Counted from the first letter of the stretch, positions 44,173 through 59,751 are shown. The stretch is DNA of 64,000 nucleotides from Eledone cirrhosa (GCA_964016885.1 OZ024743.1:288362001-288426000), one strand, 5' to 3'. Numbers and translations are program-made. The notes: generated by a model not told the origin, from the sequence alone.

Positions 44173-44182
<10 letters not shown>
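43799..44182. repeat. Spacer-less palindrome (about 192-bp arms) between (TA)n tracts, with a degenerate hammerhead in each arm
   Basis: Centre ctga|tcag at 43990/43991; two mismatches found. 44028-44064 reads TTT-TTGATAA-GCATT(TAGA)AATGC-GCAA-CCGG-TA-AAA, mirrored at 43917-43953. Confidence 0.88.
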
Positions 44183-44231
<49 letters not shown>

Positions 44232-44384
44232 TTTGTATTTCTTTCATCTATCAATGCATCTCTTTCTCACTCCAGGGCATAGTCATAATGATAATCACAC
44301 ACACATTTTATATCACACATAGTAACCCAGACACAGTATCATACATAGTCACGCGTAAACATATGCACACACAAATATACACAC

Positions 44385-44980
44385 GTAAACATATAAACGC
44401 CAAAATATATACATACATAAACATATGCACATGTAAATATATACACACGTAAACATATACACACGTACACATATAAACACCTAAATATATACATAGATAA
44501 ACATATGCATATGTAAATATATACACATGTAGATATATATACACACGTACACATATACACACGTACACATATAAACATCTAAATATATACATACATAAAC
44601 ATATGCATATGTAAATATATACACATGTAGATATATATACACACGTACACATATACACACGTACACATATAAACATCTAAATATATACATATATAAACAT
44701 ATGCATATGTAAATATATACACATGTAGATATATATACACACGTACACATATACACACGTACACATATAAACACCTAAATATATACATATATAAACATAT
44801 GCATATGTAAATATATACACATGTAGATATATATATACACACGTACACATATACACACGTACACATATAAACACCTAAATATATACATATATAAACATAT
44901 GCACATGTAAATATATACACATGTAGATATATATATACACACGTACACGTATACACACGTACACATGTAGACGCGTACAC
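44385..44980. repeat. 98-bp minisatellite built from (CA/TA)-like subunits
   Basis: The unit recurs at 98-bp spacing (ORF-track ends at 44481, 44579, 44677, 44775); about 6 copies. Confidence 0.85.
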
Positions 44981-45449
44981 ATGCACCCACTAGAAGAATT
45001 CATTTTCATTTCCAACATGTCAACAAAGAAACCAACACTGTCATCATCATCTTCATCATCATCATTAATAAGTTTGTTTAAACGTAGTAAAATCCAAATG
45101 ATGATACAATTGTATCTTCACCAAAATACTTCTCTATTTTCTACTGAAACATTTATTTCAAACGATTCAAAAATCTTCCTCGTTCTGTCTTTCAAAGACA
45201 CTTCGGAAAGGTTTATGTAACGATTCAGCATTAACTGACACAACCAATTCCTAACATAGCTACATTTTTTTAATTTCCAACGAAAATTAGATATTTTGTA
45301 TCACCATTATAAGGCGTTATAACATATTGCGTTGATCGGCTTTTGATCCACTCATCATTAGACAGAGGAAAGGTTTCTTTTGTTTTTCAATGTATGTTCC
45401 AAGCAGTTTTCTGTTAGGACATTGAGAATATAAATCGACTCGACAGAAT

Positions 45450-45503
<54 letters not shown>

Positions 45504-45511
45504 ACCACCCC

Positions 45512-45578
<67 letters not shown>

Positions 45579-45579
45579 A

Positions 45580-45680
45580 AGGCGTGTGGCTGAGTGGTTA
45601 GAGAATTGTGAGTTCGGTACCAAGACCAGGCGATGCGTTATGTCCTTGAGCAAGGCACTTTATTTCACGTTGCTCCTTCT
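45580..45680 (+). mobile_element. tRNA-derived SINE, family B
   Basis: ggcgtgtggctgagtggttagag (A box)...gtccttgagcaaggcactttatttcacgttgct. Related reverse copies at about 54320-54430, 28620-28750, 12770-12910 and 22440-22545. Confidence 0.6.
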
Positions 45681-45792
45681 ACCTGGAGTTGTGACCGATA
45701 GATAGTATTAGCAACTGGAAAGACCAACCGAAACATTGTTTCCTCGGTCCGATTTGACGAAAGTCAATCGATTCTAAATATATATGTGTGTG

Positions 45793-45822
<30 letters not shown>

Positions 45823-45824
<2 letters not shown>

Positions 45825-45903
45825 GGGTTGTAACATAAATTCCCGCCGTTTTTATAATTTGTTTGTTTTCAAAAACCGCGGGAATTTATGTTACAACCTA
45901 ATA
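45823..45903. mobile_element. About 80-bp Tc1/mariner-type MITE in (TA)n
   Basis: TIRs GGTTGTAACATAAATTCCCGC / GCGGGAATTTATGTTACAACC flanked by TA. They resemble mariner TIRs, and the size is like MADE1. Confidence 0.7.
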
Positions 45904-45974
45904 TATATATATATATATATATTGGGTCCATAACGAGCTGAGGATCTGCTAAGAATTGTTTGGATCCGCTAACA

Positions 45975-46033
<59 letters not shown>

Positions 46034-46846
46034 GCGCTCGAGACAATATAAAGATTAGAAAATAAACTCAATCTAAGATTATCAATGTGTCTACATTTCC
46101 TCTTGTAACTGTCACTCTATTTCTCTCTACGTACTCTCTACTCAACATACTCAACACTATCAATCCATCGTTCTCTTTCTATTAAATATATCCAAAATAT
46201 CAAAATATAATTGACAGCCAAAACATTCACTCCTATATCATTCAATCATTAATATTCCACCTTCTAAGCCCTGACTGGCGGCGCCATTAACACATACAAA
46301 CAGTCATGTAGATTGTTCAATTTATTCATATAACTCCTTATCATATCTTATTATATTATATCGTATCATATCATATTATATTATATCATATAATTTTATA
46401 TTATTATATTACATAATATTAGATTTTGTACATATTTAATATTATATTCTAAATAATCTTATATATCCTAAAATCTTTTCATATTGAATTTTGAATTGTG
46501 TTACGTTATTTAGCTTTTGGATGGTTTATTTGTTTGATTAAATTTTTCTTGTATTTTATTAACATCTATAATACTAGATCTGAATGTGTATGGTAATGTG
46601 TAATTAATTTTAGTCAAATAGTATATGAACATATATAATTACATATAATCTCCTTGTTTATTTCTTTGTCTGAATCTCTGTTTTTCTCGCTCTCTTACTC
46701 TTCTTTCTTTGCACACACACATATTTATATGAATATATATGTATATGTACGTCAATGCTCATCTTCTTTTCATTCTGTGGGTTTTTTATAACTCCTCGAA
46801 CTATTAGGGTAATTTACTTAGTGAAAAACAAGGCGGAAGCTCTATT

Positions 46847-46909
<63 letters not shown>

Positions 46910-47068
46910 GGTATACAAGGATGCAATTCACCTCAAGCACTCGGTGTCATAATTACTTCTTTAAAACGAGTATGACGGAGTATATTTATAAAGAGGAAAA
47001 TGCGAAGTTGCAGATGTTAGTCTTACAATTAATAAAAGACTCTAGTATCTACAACTTCGCATTTTCCT

Positions 47069-47190
<122 letters not shown>

Positions 47191-48619
47191 ATGTGTATGT
47201 GTGTGTTGGTGTATGTATGTACCCAAACATCTTCATCATAACCATCATCATAACTATTAATGTAGTGTCATTCGAATCACTTCAGTGTGTGAGAAGGAAT
47301 CCAATCTGTCTCCATCTAGCCATTTCACCCTGAAGGGTTGGGTTATCCCGAAGCTAGGGTAATGGTAATTTGTCCAAGCTGTCTCACAGTGGGATCGAAA
47401 CAAGGATCTGACGTGTGCGAACTGAACTTCATAAACACTCAGTCAATAAGAGCAGTAGTTGCAACAACAGCAATAACAAAATTAACAACAATAACATAAC
47501 AACAGTAACAAAGCAGTGACAGTATCAACAACGATAATAAAAACAGCAACAACAGCAGTAGTAATAGCAGCATCAGTAGCAGCCGTAACGGTAACATATG
47601 AGAGGAGGGAGCATGAAGAGAGAAGGAGTAATAAATAGATTGTTATCTTGTTATTAATCTTCAAAACGAAAAATGAAATAATATATACAAATAATATTGG
47701 GAAAATTTGAAAAAATGGAAAACAATTCGTTTATACATAGAGACAAATATACATACACACATACATACATACATACATACATACATACATACATACATAC
47801 ATACATACATACATACATACATACATAGCACATAGATACATACATACATACATACATACATGGTGGTGGCTGCCAACTCGTTTTCGAGTATGGCCACTAC
47901 TTTATATCCATGTAGGAGAACCCCTACCGATGCGCTGAACGGGTGTGACTTCTTAGTCCAGCCAGTGACTTGAAAACTCTGGTTCAAACACTACACTGGT
48001 GACAAATATTGACACATAATGCTGGGCCCATGGTACAATGTGACGACAAGTGCAGAGAGATCTCCAGATATAAAGCAATGCCTGTGCCGTGAAGCTTTTA
48101 TAGTGAGCAAAGGCACTGCACAAAGCCAGTCCCACTCTCTTAACCAAGATGATATTTACCAAAAAGAAGAACAAGTCAACATCATTGGTTACCATCAGGG
48201 TTGCAGGTGCTATATCAGAGTTTTCCTTCTCCTAGAATTCTGCCTTGACAAAGGCTAAGGGGTCATCTCTCCCGGTGATTTTGGATGGCCATTGACTCTT
48301 AATAGCTCCTTTGCCCTTTGACAGGTTTTATTCTTAGTCCTGCAGAATGTCCAAAGTCACCCTCCTCACCAAGAAACCTTGGTGGGGTTGCCAGTTTAGT
48401 CGCCAACGACCCGACGATGAGACAGGTTGTACTGGGATAGATGTTACCAGTAGCACCAACTGGTGTCCTGACATACATACATACACATATACAAACATAA
48501 ATATCACTTTGAAATCATGCTCGATATATATTTTAAACACAATTTATTTATCGTAGTACGATGCTATTTATTTGATGTAGTATTTTGTTTTAATGATGTT
48601 TTGTTATTTCATGTATATA

Positions 48620-48810
<191 letters not shown>

Positions 48811-49124
48811 GTATATATATATGTATATATATATATACATATATATATATACGTGTGTATATACATGTTTGTATATATATATGTGTGTATACATATGTAT
48901 ATAAGCGTATGTATCTCGCATGCATACGTATATGTGTATTGACATACACTCATACTTAATTGTTTATATTTTTATGTATTTTCTTGTATTTTTAAAAATC
49001 AATATGGCTGGCGTAGAATTAATGATTTTTTTTTCTTTTTGAGGAAAAATAAATCTTGAAATCTTTGTTAGATAATCAAACGCTAAATTAAATCATGAGT
49101 GATGTTTGTTAATTGGTTTTTTGA

Positions 49125-49175
<51 letters not shown>

Positions 49176-49192
49176 TATGTGTGTGTGTGTAT

Positions 49193-49250
<58 letters not shown>

Positions 49251-50180
49251 CTCTATATGTACACATATATATATGTGTGTGTGTGTGTATCTATGTATGT
49301 ATGAATGTATTTATGTAGCTATGCATACTTGTAATCATGCTTAAACAAGCACACACAGAAACGCACAAATATATATGTGTGTAAATAATGTATGTCTATG
49401 TGTGCGTATATATATATATATAGAGAGAGAGATAGATAGATAGTTAGATGTATCTCTGTTATTTGTCTGTATGCGTATCTATGTTTGCATATATGAACGT
49501 GAGAATGTTATTATTTTTATTTATCTTATCTTCAAATTTATGGTAGAATTATATAGAAATGATATCGTATCGAATAACTATGGTTCCATCTATTCAGAAT
49601 TTCAGATAGCAACAACTGTTGTACACAGACAAAAATACTCAATTTCATGAAAATTTTAGTTTACTATTCCCCTTATAATAATATACATACATATTTGTAC
49701 ATACACACGCACATGGACTAACACAAATTTATATACATATATCTACATATATATGTATATAATTTATATACATATATATATATGTATATAAGTATAAGAC
49801 GTTCTAGACTCTAGAAAATGACATGTTAGATAAAATAATCCTAGTTTCTCAATATGCTGGAAAACTGGATGGTCACAACTGTATTATCGTTCTGTGTTAC
49901 CCGCCCCAGAGGATGTTCCATGCTATCATACAATATGGAACGGATAAAAGTCAAATTTTGCTCAAATAATTTATTGTAATGTATATGACTGATTCACAAT
50001 ATGAGTTCCATAGAAGTAGTACTGGTGGTAAGTCAGCTTGTTGATGTAACTTTTCAAAACGCTGGGTTCACTGTAAAATTTCACTTAAATATAGGAGATC
50101 CATGTTTGTGAAAAGATTGGTAATCTCTGCCGCATACCGTCTCGAAAACGGAAGGACACTTTGGACGTTGTAATTACATA

Positions 50181-50220
<40 letters not shown>

Positions 50221-50224
<4 letters not shown>

Positions 50225-50372
50225 AATGGAGGTTCAGTAGAATCGAATCTCTGGCTGCAGCCATGCTAACGAATGCAATCGGAATGTGCAGCTAAGCATT
50301 CAATAAGGTATTTTACCTTAGAGTAATAACATTACGTTTAGACAGCTTCACAAATTTAAGATTGCGATCGGT
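50221..50372. repeat. Dispersed (TA)n-adjacent repeat of about 150 bp, unclassified
   Basis: Homologous to 60349-60502 (acaaatgga.gttcagta.aatcgaa...gagtaataa.attacgtttagacagc). Confidence 0.7.
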
Positions 50373-50417
50373 GAGCGAGCTGCAAGGACAAAGCAACTAG
50401 AAAACCAACTCTGGATA

Positions 50418-50474
<57 letters not shown>

Positions 50475-50724
50475 GTCTGGAATTCCTTTGATCATTTGCT
50501 TTCTGGCCTGCTCCTATACAACAATTACAACAACAATACCTATTAAGATAACTACCACCTTCATAACCTTAATTATGAACAGGACTACCACCAGTACCAC
50601 CGTCACACAAAAATACACCTGTAACAATAGGACAATGACATGCCTAGCTTTAACCATTGGAACAACCATGAATGTAAATACCATTCTCCTATCACATACC
50701 CATTCACACACACATAATCAAACA

Positions 50725-50803
<79 letters not shown>

Positions 50804-51167
50804 TCTCATTCTCTCATTCTCTCTGCATACATTCACACATTAAATGCAAACAGTGTATTATGACACACACTACACATACACACACACACACACTACACAC
50901 ACACACATGCACATACACACACACTACACACACACACACACTACATACACACACATACACACACACACATATATATGTGTGTGATTGTGTATGTATGTGC
51001 GTGAGTATGTGTGTGTATAGAATATACACACACACACACATACCCTACACAAAATGCCATCAATGCATGGAATAGATGCTACACCTGACTTTCACGAAAT
51101 TCCACAGCTTCCTTTTATTTTCTATTTTTCCTTTAATGTCCACGATAATAATAATAATAACAATAGT

Positions 51168-51600
51168 AATGGTTTCTTTATTAGCCACACAGGGCTTACG
51201 TTAAGAGAACAGTAAAGACAGTAGAGTGTGCGTTCTTTTGTGTGAAAGATTAGAAAATAAACTTTAAAAAAAATCAAACAATAAATTCCTCAAAAGCGAG
51301 GATACCTCCGAGGGTCACTCGTTGAGAAAGCAAACCAAAAGCCGCGGTAATCTTGACCGCAAGGGCAATTGCCCTCTCTCAGTTGTCCTTCAATTTAAAG
51401 GCGTAAAATCAGAGCAGGCCTATTCACACTGGCATAGCCTCTTTCACTCACCCTTCAACAAACTGGTTGGAAGTCATAATTTCCTCTTCGCCGAGGAGGA
51501 AAATGCTTTCTTCAACTCCTTCAAACGCGTCTACTACACGACCTCTTTCACCATGGCCACCAGGCACATAAAATCTGTTTGTCCCCCCCCCCCCATTTAA
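51168..51600 (-). mobile_element. Degenerate Tx1/L1-like LINE 3' end
   Basis: Minus strand reads VAMVKEVV**TRLKELK..., followed by a 3' UTR like 8340-8553 and an (ATT)n tail. Confidence 0.55.
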
Positions 51601-52145
51601 AGGAAGATGGTGGGTGATCTTCACAATGGACTCAGTTGATAGTCAGATCTGTCTCACACGTGACAGCATGTGTTCACGTAAACCCAGTAACAATAATGAA
51701 ACATTGGGGACAGTACAAAAACAAAATATGTAGGAGCAAACAAGACTGAGTGTGATATTTACTTTGAATTAAAGGGTGGCTGGAAGTATAGGAATAAAGA
51801 GACATTGATAATATATAGAACTAAGAATTCAGAATGCAATAAAGAACTGAATTCCCCCAAAATTCACCCCAACCACAACACATGTATTACCCTTATACAC
51901 TAAGTGCTATGCCCCCTCATAGTTCTTGCCACCAGCCTACAGAGCGATATTAATTTAGGCTCATTTAGCCGTGCCAGTTTTGCAACTATCACTCTCCTTT
52001 AATAACATTTACTAAAGAAGAACATTTTATCTACAATTACTTCCTACTCTCGCGCTATTTGTGGAAGTTGATGAAGGTTTGTCCTGAGATGAAAATCTCT
52101 ACCTTCAATCCTTTCAACTACGACCACAATGCTTATTCATTCACG

Positions 52146-52314
52146 AGGCCAGCAATTACCCCAGTGTATTACTGGTACTTTGTTTTATCGACCCCGTAAT
52201 GATGAAAGGCAAAGTAAACCGCGGCGTGATTTGAACTCAGATCATAAAGGGCCGTAACTCTTTGCTGCAAAGCATGGTGTCAGACCCTCAACCAATACTG
52301 CCAATCCACCGCCC
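52146..52314 (-). mobile_element. SINE A
   Basis: Consensus lacking the extreme 3' tail. Confidence 0.78.
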
Positions 52315-53550
52315 AGGTAAATAATGCTCGTTATTCCTTGCCAAAGGAAGATATTGGTTTGATCTTCACAATAGACTCAGATGACAGCTGGAGCCGTCCT
52401 GCATGTTATTGCATGTATCCGACATAAACCCACAAATCAATAATACATCGACACTGGAGGTATATGTGACAGACAGTTGTGTTATCTTGCAAGTATTTCG
52501 TACAAGATCGGTTGCTGGCAGTTACAGTACCGCTATACACGTACCTGCATATTTTATCCCAAACATATTAAGACTTTCTGCAGGTATGTCAGACCAACGA
52601 CTTAGGAAAACTATCCTTAATACCTAACTTAAAATCATCCAGAAATGGCTACACAGTCAGGTTATCATCGTCTAATAGTCCTCTAAAGAATAGCTATGAT
52701 GATGATGAAAATAATTTACCGGTGTATTGACCATTAGTCCTCTGAAAGAACATTATAACAACAAACCACTATATCACAAAGATACCCAACTCCCACCAAC
52801 ACTAAATGCTATGACCTTTAAAACTATGACCCTTCAGAAATCTAAACACTTCCTCTACTCTACCATCACAAACGTCGTCGTATCCCTCCGCCTCCTCCTC
52901 CTCCTCATCATCATCATCCTCCTCACCATGATGATGATCATCATCATGATCATGATCATCATCATCATGATCATCATGATCATCATCATTATCACCACCA
53001 CCATCATTATCAGTATCTTTATACTCACAAACATGCCTCAGATTTCCTTTCCCCAACCATCCCCCACACTCCACCATCACCACTATTTCCACCGCTATAT
53101 ATTTACTCATCATGCTTTGTCTCTTTACTTCAGTTCGATTTTTTAAGCGAAGAAACACGAACGAAAAATTCCAACACCAACACCACCACCACAACCACAT
53201 CACTCCCGTCACCTCTTCCTTTTCCTCCACTTCCTCATTCGGCACTTTTATTTGTTATATATTTATTCATTGTTATTTTTATATTTCCTTTCAAATTATC
53301 TTATTTTATTTTAGATTATATATATATTTGTGTGTGTGGATGTGTGTGTGTGTGTGTGTATGTGTGTGTGTGTGTGTGTAAAGTGTGTATGCATGTATTA
53401 TATATATATTCATATGTGTGTGTTTGACAAACACATTAAACATGCATTGAAAGTAGGGTCCACATACAGTTACTATTAATAATATACTTAACAGATCCTA
53501 TGGGCTGAGTACTCTAAACCCTTGGATATTTATACCAAAGTTTTACTACT

Positions 53551-53607
<57 letters not shown>

Positions 53608-56469
53608 TATATATGAGAAACAAAGCGAGGTTTCACATTAAGGTCTTTATTTATGTGTGTGTTTGGGTTTTGTGTGAGTGTGTGTGCATGGGTTTGGTGT
53701 GAGTATGTGTAACTGAATAGACATACATATGTCTAATAAAAGACTTCAGGTGAATGGGAAATAAAATAAAATAAAAAGAAAGAGATAAAGGGGGTTATTG
53801 TTTTGAGAGGTGAATAATGTTTACTGTTTGTTATATTAGGGTGTTCAGGGGGAATATATTGACCTAAGTATATATTTGTTTGTTGAATCGACCAACATAA
53901 CTGAGTCTTTCTCAGCAGGTGAAGACTTACGAAAACATTCGTGCTGGTACAGAGGCTGCTTTGAAGACACGACTGTGTGTATGCGTATATATATATATAT
54001 ATATATATGGAGAGAGAGAGTCTGTGGTGGTGAGACCGGGAACATCACTAATCATGGGAGTACTCAATGTATGGAGATCGGCAGAATGCGTATAACGATA
54101 TATATAATCCCGACCGCGATTGGGATTATATATTTTTCTCTCTCTGTCTCCATATATATATATATATATATATATCGACAGTAAATCGAAAAGATCCCAG
54201 ACCTCATTCGCTTAACAAGTGGAGTGGAGCTTGTCAAAACGGACAGAGGAAACAATGTTTCCACTGGGCTTCCCAATTGCTAATAGTATGTCGGTCGCAA
54301 ACCCAGGTAGCAATGGCCAACGAGAAATAAAATATTTTGCTCAAGGACATTACGCATCGCCTGGTCTGGGAATCGAAATCACAACTTCCTGATTTCGAAT
54401 CCAATTCTCTAACCACACAGCCAGGTGCCTTCACGTTGATGTGCGTTCGAAGGATGATGCTGTCAATAAAAACAAACGAATCCACTGTCCGGTTGGTTGT
54501 TTAAATATTAATTATTGAGGCTCTTTCGTCACACGTCTTGTTACTTTCTCAATGACTATTCTTGCTTCTCTGTTTCTACTCATTGTTTTGATCTTCATTT
54601 TCCTTTTCCTGTAGTGACATAAGAGCAGGGTTGTCGGATCCATTTCACATAAAAAGTAGCTCGTATCTTTCAAAACTAGCTGATTGTTTAATGATAATTT
54701 TGCTGGTAAACCAAATATACCATACATATTCTCTGTAGGTAAGTTCTAATTCCTTATATGGTAATTCTATATGATATTCAATACGTTTTTTATATTTGAA
54801 AATTAAAATTAATCAATAATTTGAAGGAATTTAATAATAGAACTAATATTTAGTAATAGAACTAATTCTGGTTATTAAATTGGTGTTTGAAATACAACAA
54901 ACGTTCCTGTATAATATTAGGATTGAAGGTTATCAAATAAATATAATCAATTGAAAAATATGCAGATTTGTATCTTAGAAGCTCTGGCGGTTTCAAGCGG
55001 TTTTGTATGGAAAGGGTTAAAGAAGATGCGTTGGAATAGGGATCCTAAAAAGGAAATAGTCCAAATGAAACTGAAATTTTATGAAGTTTCAATTTACTAA
55101 AAACTCTCCAATTAATCCACTGGATGATCTGTAGAGATGTAGTTTATAAGAGTATTTATGGACGGAAGATCAGGTAAGAATTATTTACATGAAATTATGA
55201 CATCTCTCTCACAAACATAAACCCAACTAGTTATATTATGAGAACAATATTTTAAAAAGACTTTAATAGGAGGTTTAAGCAAATATATTTAAGCGTCCAG
55301 GCTCTGACTATCATTAATATGTTGTATGGATACTCGTGCCACTTCATATTCCTTTCCTTGCGCCCATATAGTACTCCACAATCAAAGGAAGGTGATAAAA
55401 TGACGTAACCAATGTTTGAAACAACCACACTCTGTTCAAAAATAATTATTTGAATGAATAGAAATAAAGTTACAAAAACGCTTAGAGAGAACAAAATTTG
55501 AACCTAAATATCATTTTACTAAACTGTAGCAAGAGAATCTTGATGGCCGTTTATAGCTAGATTATGTTGACATGACATACAATAAAGTTGATGGGAAAGC
55601 TTTTCTCATGATGAGTTAGCAAATCTTACAGAATATTCGTGACTTCCTCTGTTTCATAAAGACAATAAGGAGACAAAATGCAAACATACACATTCAAACA
55701 CAAACATATTTAGATATATGTATACACACGCCAGCATTTATGTGTATGTATGTATGTATATATATATATGTATGTATGTATGTATGTATATATATGTATG
55801 TATGTATGTATATATATATTCATACATATACATTAATACATAAATACATGTATGTATACATATATGATATACGCATATAGAGGCAGATTAACAAAAGTGT
55901 GAACACACATATATACATACAAATGTCCATGCATACATTCATTCGTCCAAATATAGATACATACATACATAATTACATACATATAGGAATACTTACATAT
56001 AATCATACATATGCATACACATGAAGTACAGGTTAAGCAGCTTCCAACATTTAGGCATATACATATATACATGCAAACATACACGCATATATAAAATATT
56101 AAAAATGCATATGCCTATATATACTCACGTAAAATACACACTGTGGATGTCGAAAAAAATGTACAAAAATATACATACATTCACACATAATGCAAATACA
56201 CAGTCGTGTGCATATATGCTGATTCAATCGTTAAATTCAAACACATCACTATCCAAATATACGCACACACAAATACATATATACTCATATACAGAAGCAT
56301 GCAAGCAGTCAAACAGAGATATACATAAACGCATACATACATACACGCATACATACATATATGCACACATACATACACGCATACATACATATATGCACAC
56401 ATACATACACGAACTTGCCAAAATATGTACTTTGCTCTAGTATGTGTATATCTGCATGTATGTGTGTAT

Positions 56470-56644
56470 TGGATTGGCAGTATCGGTAGAGGGTCGGACG
56501 CCATGCTTTGACGCATTGAGTTACAGCCCTTGCCATTCTGAGTTCAAATCCCGCCTTTGCCTTTCATCCTTACGGGGTCGATAAAATAAAGTACCAGTAA
56601 TACACTGGATCATTGCTGGCCTTGTGCCAGAAGTAGAAACAATC
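56470..56644 (+). mobile_element. SINE A
   Basis: Complete except for a short internal deletion. Confidence 0.8.
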
Positions 56645-56783
56645 ATATGTATGTAACATAGTAGGTTTATTTCAGAAAAGAGCCATGAAAATCTATCTAT
56701 CTATCTATCTATCTATCTATATCTCCCTCGCTTAATATATGTCTGTATATAAATATATATATATATATATACAAAAATATATA

Positions 56784-56825
<42 letters not shown>

Positions 56826-56975
56826 AAAATATATATCTGTATAGATATATAGATATATATATATATACATATATATACAAAAATACATGTGAAGAGTTGA
56901 GTGAGCTGTGTGGTTACTGAAAACGAAGGGTTGGAAGGTAAACACACACACACACACACATATATATACACACAC

Positions 56976-57010
<35 letters not shown>

Positions 57011-57559
57011 CTCTTTACTCTTTTACCTGTTCCAGCTATCCGGCTATATATGCATATATATATATATATATGGGGGGGGGGAGTGTGTGTTTGTGTGTGT
57101 GTGAGTGGTGTGTGTTTGTATGTGTTTATGTATGCATGTATGTACGTATATATATATTGCTGAATGTTTGTTTTGGTATGTACGTATATATATATTGCTG
57201 AATGTTTGTTTTGGTTCCTTAACCATCTATTCCTCCCCCTCGTCACACACGCATAGCTTTTTTCTTTCCTTTTTTTTAATGCAGCTATTAGCCCCTTATA
57301 CTACTACTCGCCAGCCTCTTACCCTTTCTTACTTTCTTTGTTCTTCCTTTTTCATTTGCATACAATTGTATTTTTATCATTTTTTGCTGAACAATTTCGA
57401 CTCTTTCCATTGTTTAGTTCAAATCCTGTTATGATCTACTTGAGTGAATTTATTGACTTTTCAACATGGCCAATAGTCCTTAAAGCACAGTACTGTATTA
57501 TTTCCCACATGATTAAACTTTCATTTACTTGGATTTTATTGCTCCACTTTTTAAGAGAC

Positions 57560-57783
57560 GGGGGATTGGCAGTATCGGTAGTGTGTCGGACAACAAGCTT
57601 AGCTACATAGAGTTATGGCCCTTTGCGTTCTGAGTTTAAATCCCACCGAGATTAGCATTGTCTTTCATTCTTAAATGTTCAATAAAATAAAGTACCATAA
57701 TGCACTGGATTAGATTTAATTGTCTTACCCCTCCACTCCTACCCCCAAATTTTGGCCTTGTGCCAAAAGTAGAAACAATTATT
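57560..57783 (+). mobile_element. SINE A, longer and diverged variant
   Basis: Same head and tail with an extra ttagatttaatt...cccccaaattt segment. Confidence 0.7.
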
Positions 57784-58684
57784 TCTCATATGATTAGCCT
57801 TAAGAAAGTATTTCAGAGTCCTTTTAAATAAGAGTTTCCATGACTTCATTTACAACTGACTTCATTTCAATTGAGCGAGACTGTTACGGTTATTTTAAGA
57901 AAATATTTAAAGATATTCATTCTCTCTTAAATGATATTGAGACTTAAGGAAAGATATCAATCTTGAACGGTTTCCAAAATTTTTATTTAGTTTTGAAAAT
58001 ATTGAAACATTTGTTTGACATATCTTAGTGCATCATTTGAGAGTGATCTTTTTATTATCGAAGGCTTCATTGCATCATTTCGAAATATTGTTTCTCATAA
58101 CAAACACATAGGTATTGTTTCAGTAGTGATCAAAGGAATAAAACCAAATTATTTCTGTAACAAATACTATTATTTTTCGCAATAATTTGATGTGTTAAGT
58201 GTAGCTGGTGATGCTGGCTATCCATACCCACTATTTCACCCACACTCTAAATTTCAAACCACCATTTTATCTACGACTTTACCCACCAAATTGCTCACAC
58301 TTTAATTCAAGAGTTGAAGTAATTTGGCAAACTGAGAGTAACAATGAAAAAGAATCTCGTTGATATAAGAATATAAGTATTAAATATTTGCTAATGTGTG
58401 TGTGTGTTTGCTTTTAAACATACAGGTATAATTATAGAGAAATTTTTTTTATGTATGCATATACATACATATATATTTTTTTTCTCCTTTGTCTAACCCC
58501 TTGCGGATACTAGATTTGTATAATTACCTAAAGGCATAACTTGCCTCTACCTGTTTTGTGCACTGGAATGAGTGGTATTGACCTTAAACACCGAAACCGT
58601 AGTAATTTCCAAAGGTTGACTAAGGAGATGGAACTGTCCGTCCATTGTCTTTGCCCTGTGTGTTCCCTAGTTTGAATATATATA

Positions 58685-58787
<103 letters not shown>

Positions 58788-59109
58788 TGAACACACACAT
58801 AATCACACATAAAGTTATCAAACTTCAGTGTACGATTAAATATACGCTAGGGTCCACCTTGAGTGAAATGTATTATTTATGATCAACACCTTACTGCCGC
58901 TCAGATCCATCTACATACATACATGTGTATACATTCACGTACATTAATAGACATATTATAAACACACATTTGTTCTCGTCTGTGTGGATGCAGATGTTGA
59001 CATGCGTGAATAAGAAAACGATCTTTAGCCATATGTGTATGTCTATCTTCTTCTCTCTTTCTGTCTCTCTGTCTCTGTCTGTCTGTCTGTCTCTCTTTCT
59101 CTCTCTCCA

Positions 59110-59158
<49 letters not shown>

Positions 59159-59319
59159 ATGTGAGTCTGTGTCTGCGTATACATTTAATATATATGTACA
59201 CAAACAAACACATGCATATATACACAGCCATACGCACACAAACGCATAAGACACACACGCACACGCATGCAGGCGCGCGCACACACACACATACACACAC
59301 ATATATATATACATATATA

Positions 59320-59373
<54 letters not shown>

Positions 59374-59674
59374 GCAATGGCTGCCAGTATTTCGTTTCCC
59401 TAATGACCCCTTTAAATGGATCGAGTTGACGCATATTTGACAGGAACGAACTGAAATGGGAAGGTATTAAGGTGTATCACACAAAAACAGTTGCCCCCTT
59501 CGTAAGAATCACCTTTGACATATTGACATTTGACGTCAGTCTGACAAGACAAACTAGAGAGCTGATTGGTGGCATCTGCTTTCTTCCTTGCATGACAGCC
59601 TTACATTTATTTACTATTATTTAACATACATGTATGCATATACGCACATGTACATATGCATATATACTTACGCA

Positions 59675-59751
<77 letters not shown>

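Noticed and set aside
47860-48470. GC-richer 600-bp island as a possible exon
   Set aside because: No coherent ORF on either strand; it looks like an old repeat relic that I cannot classify.
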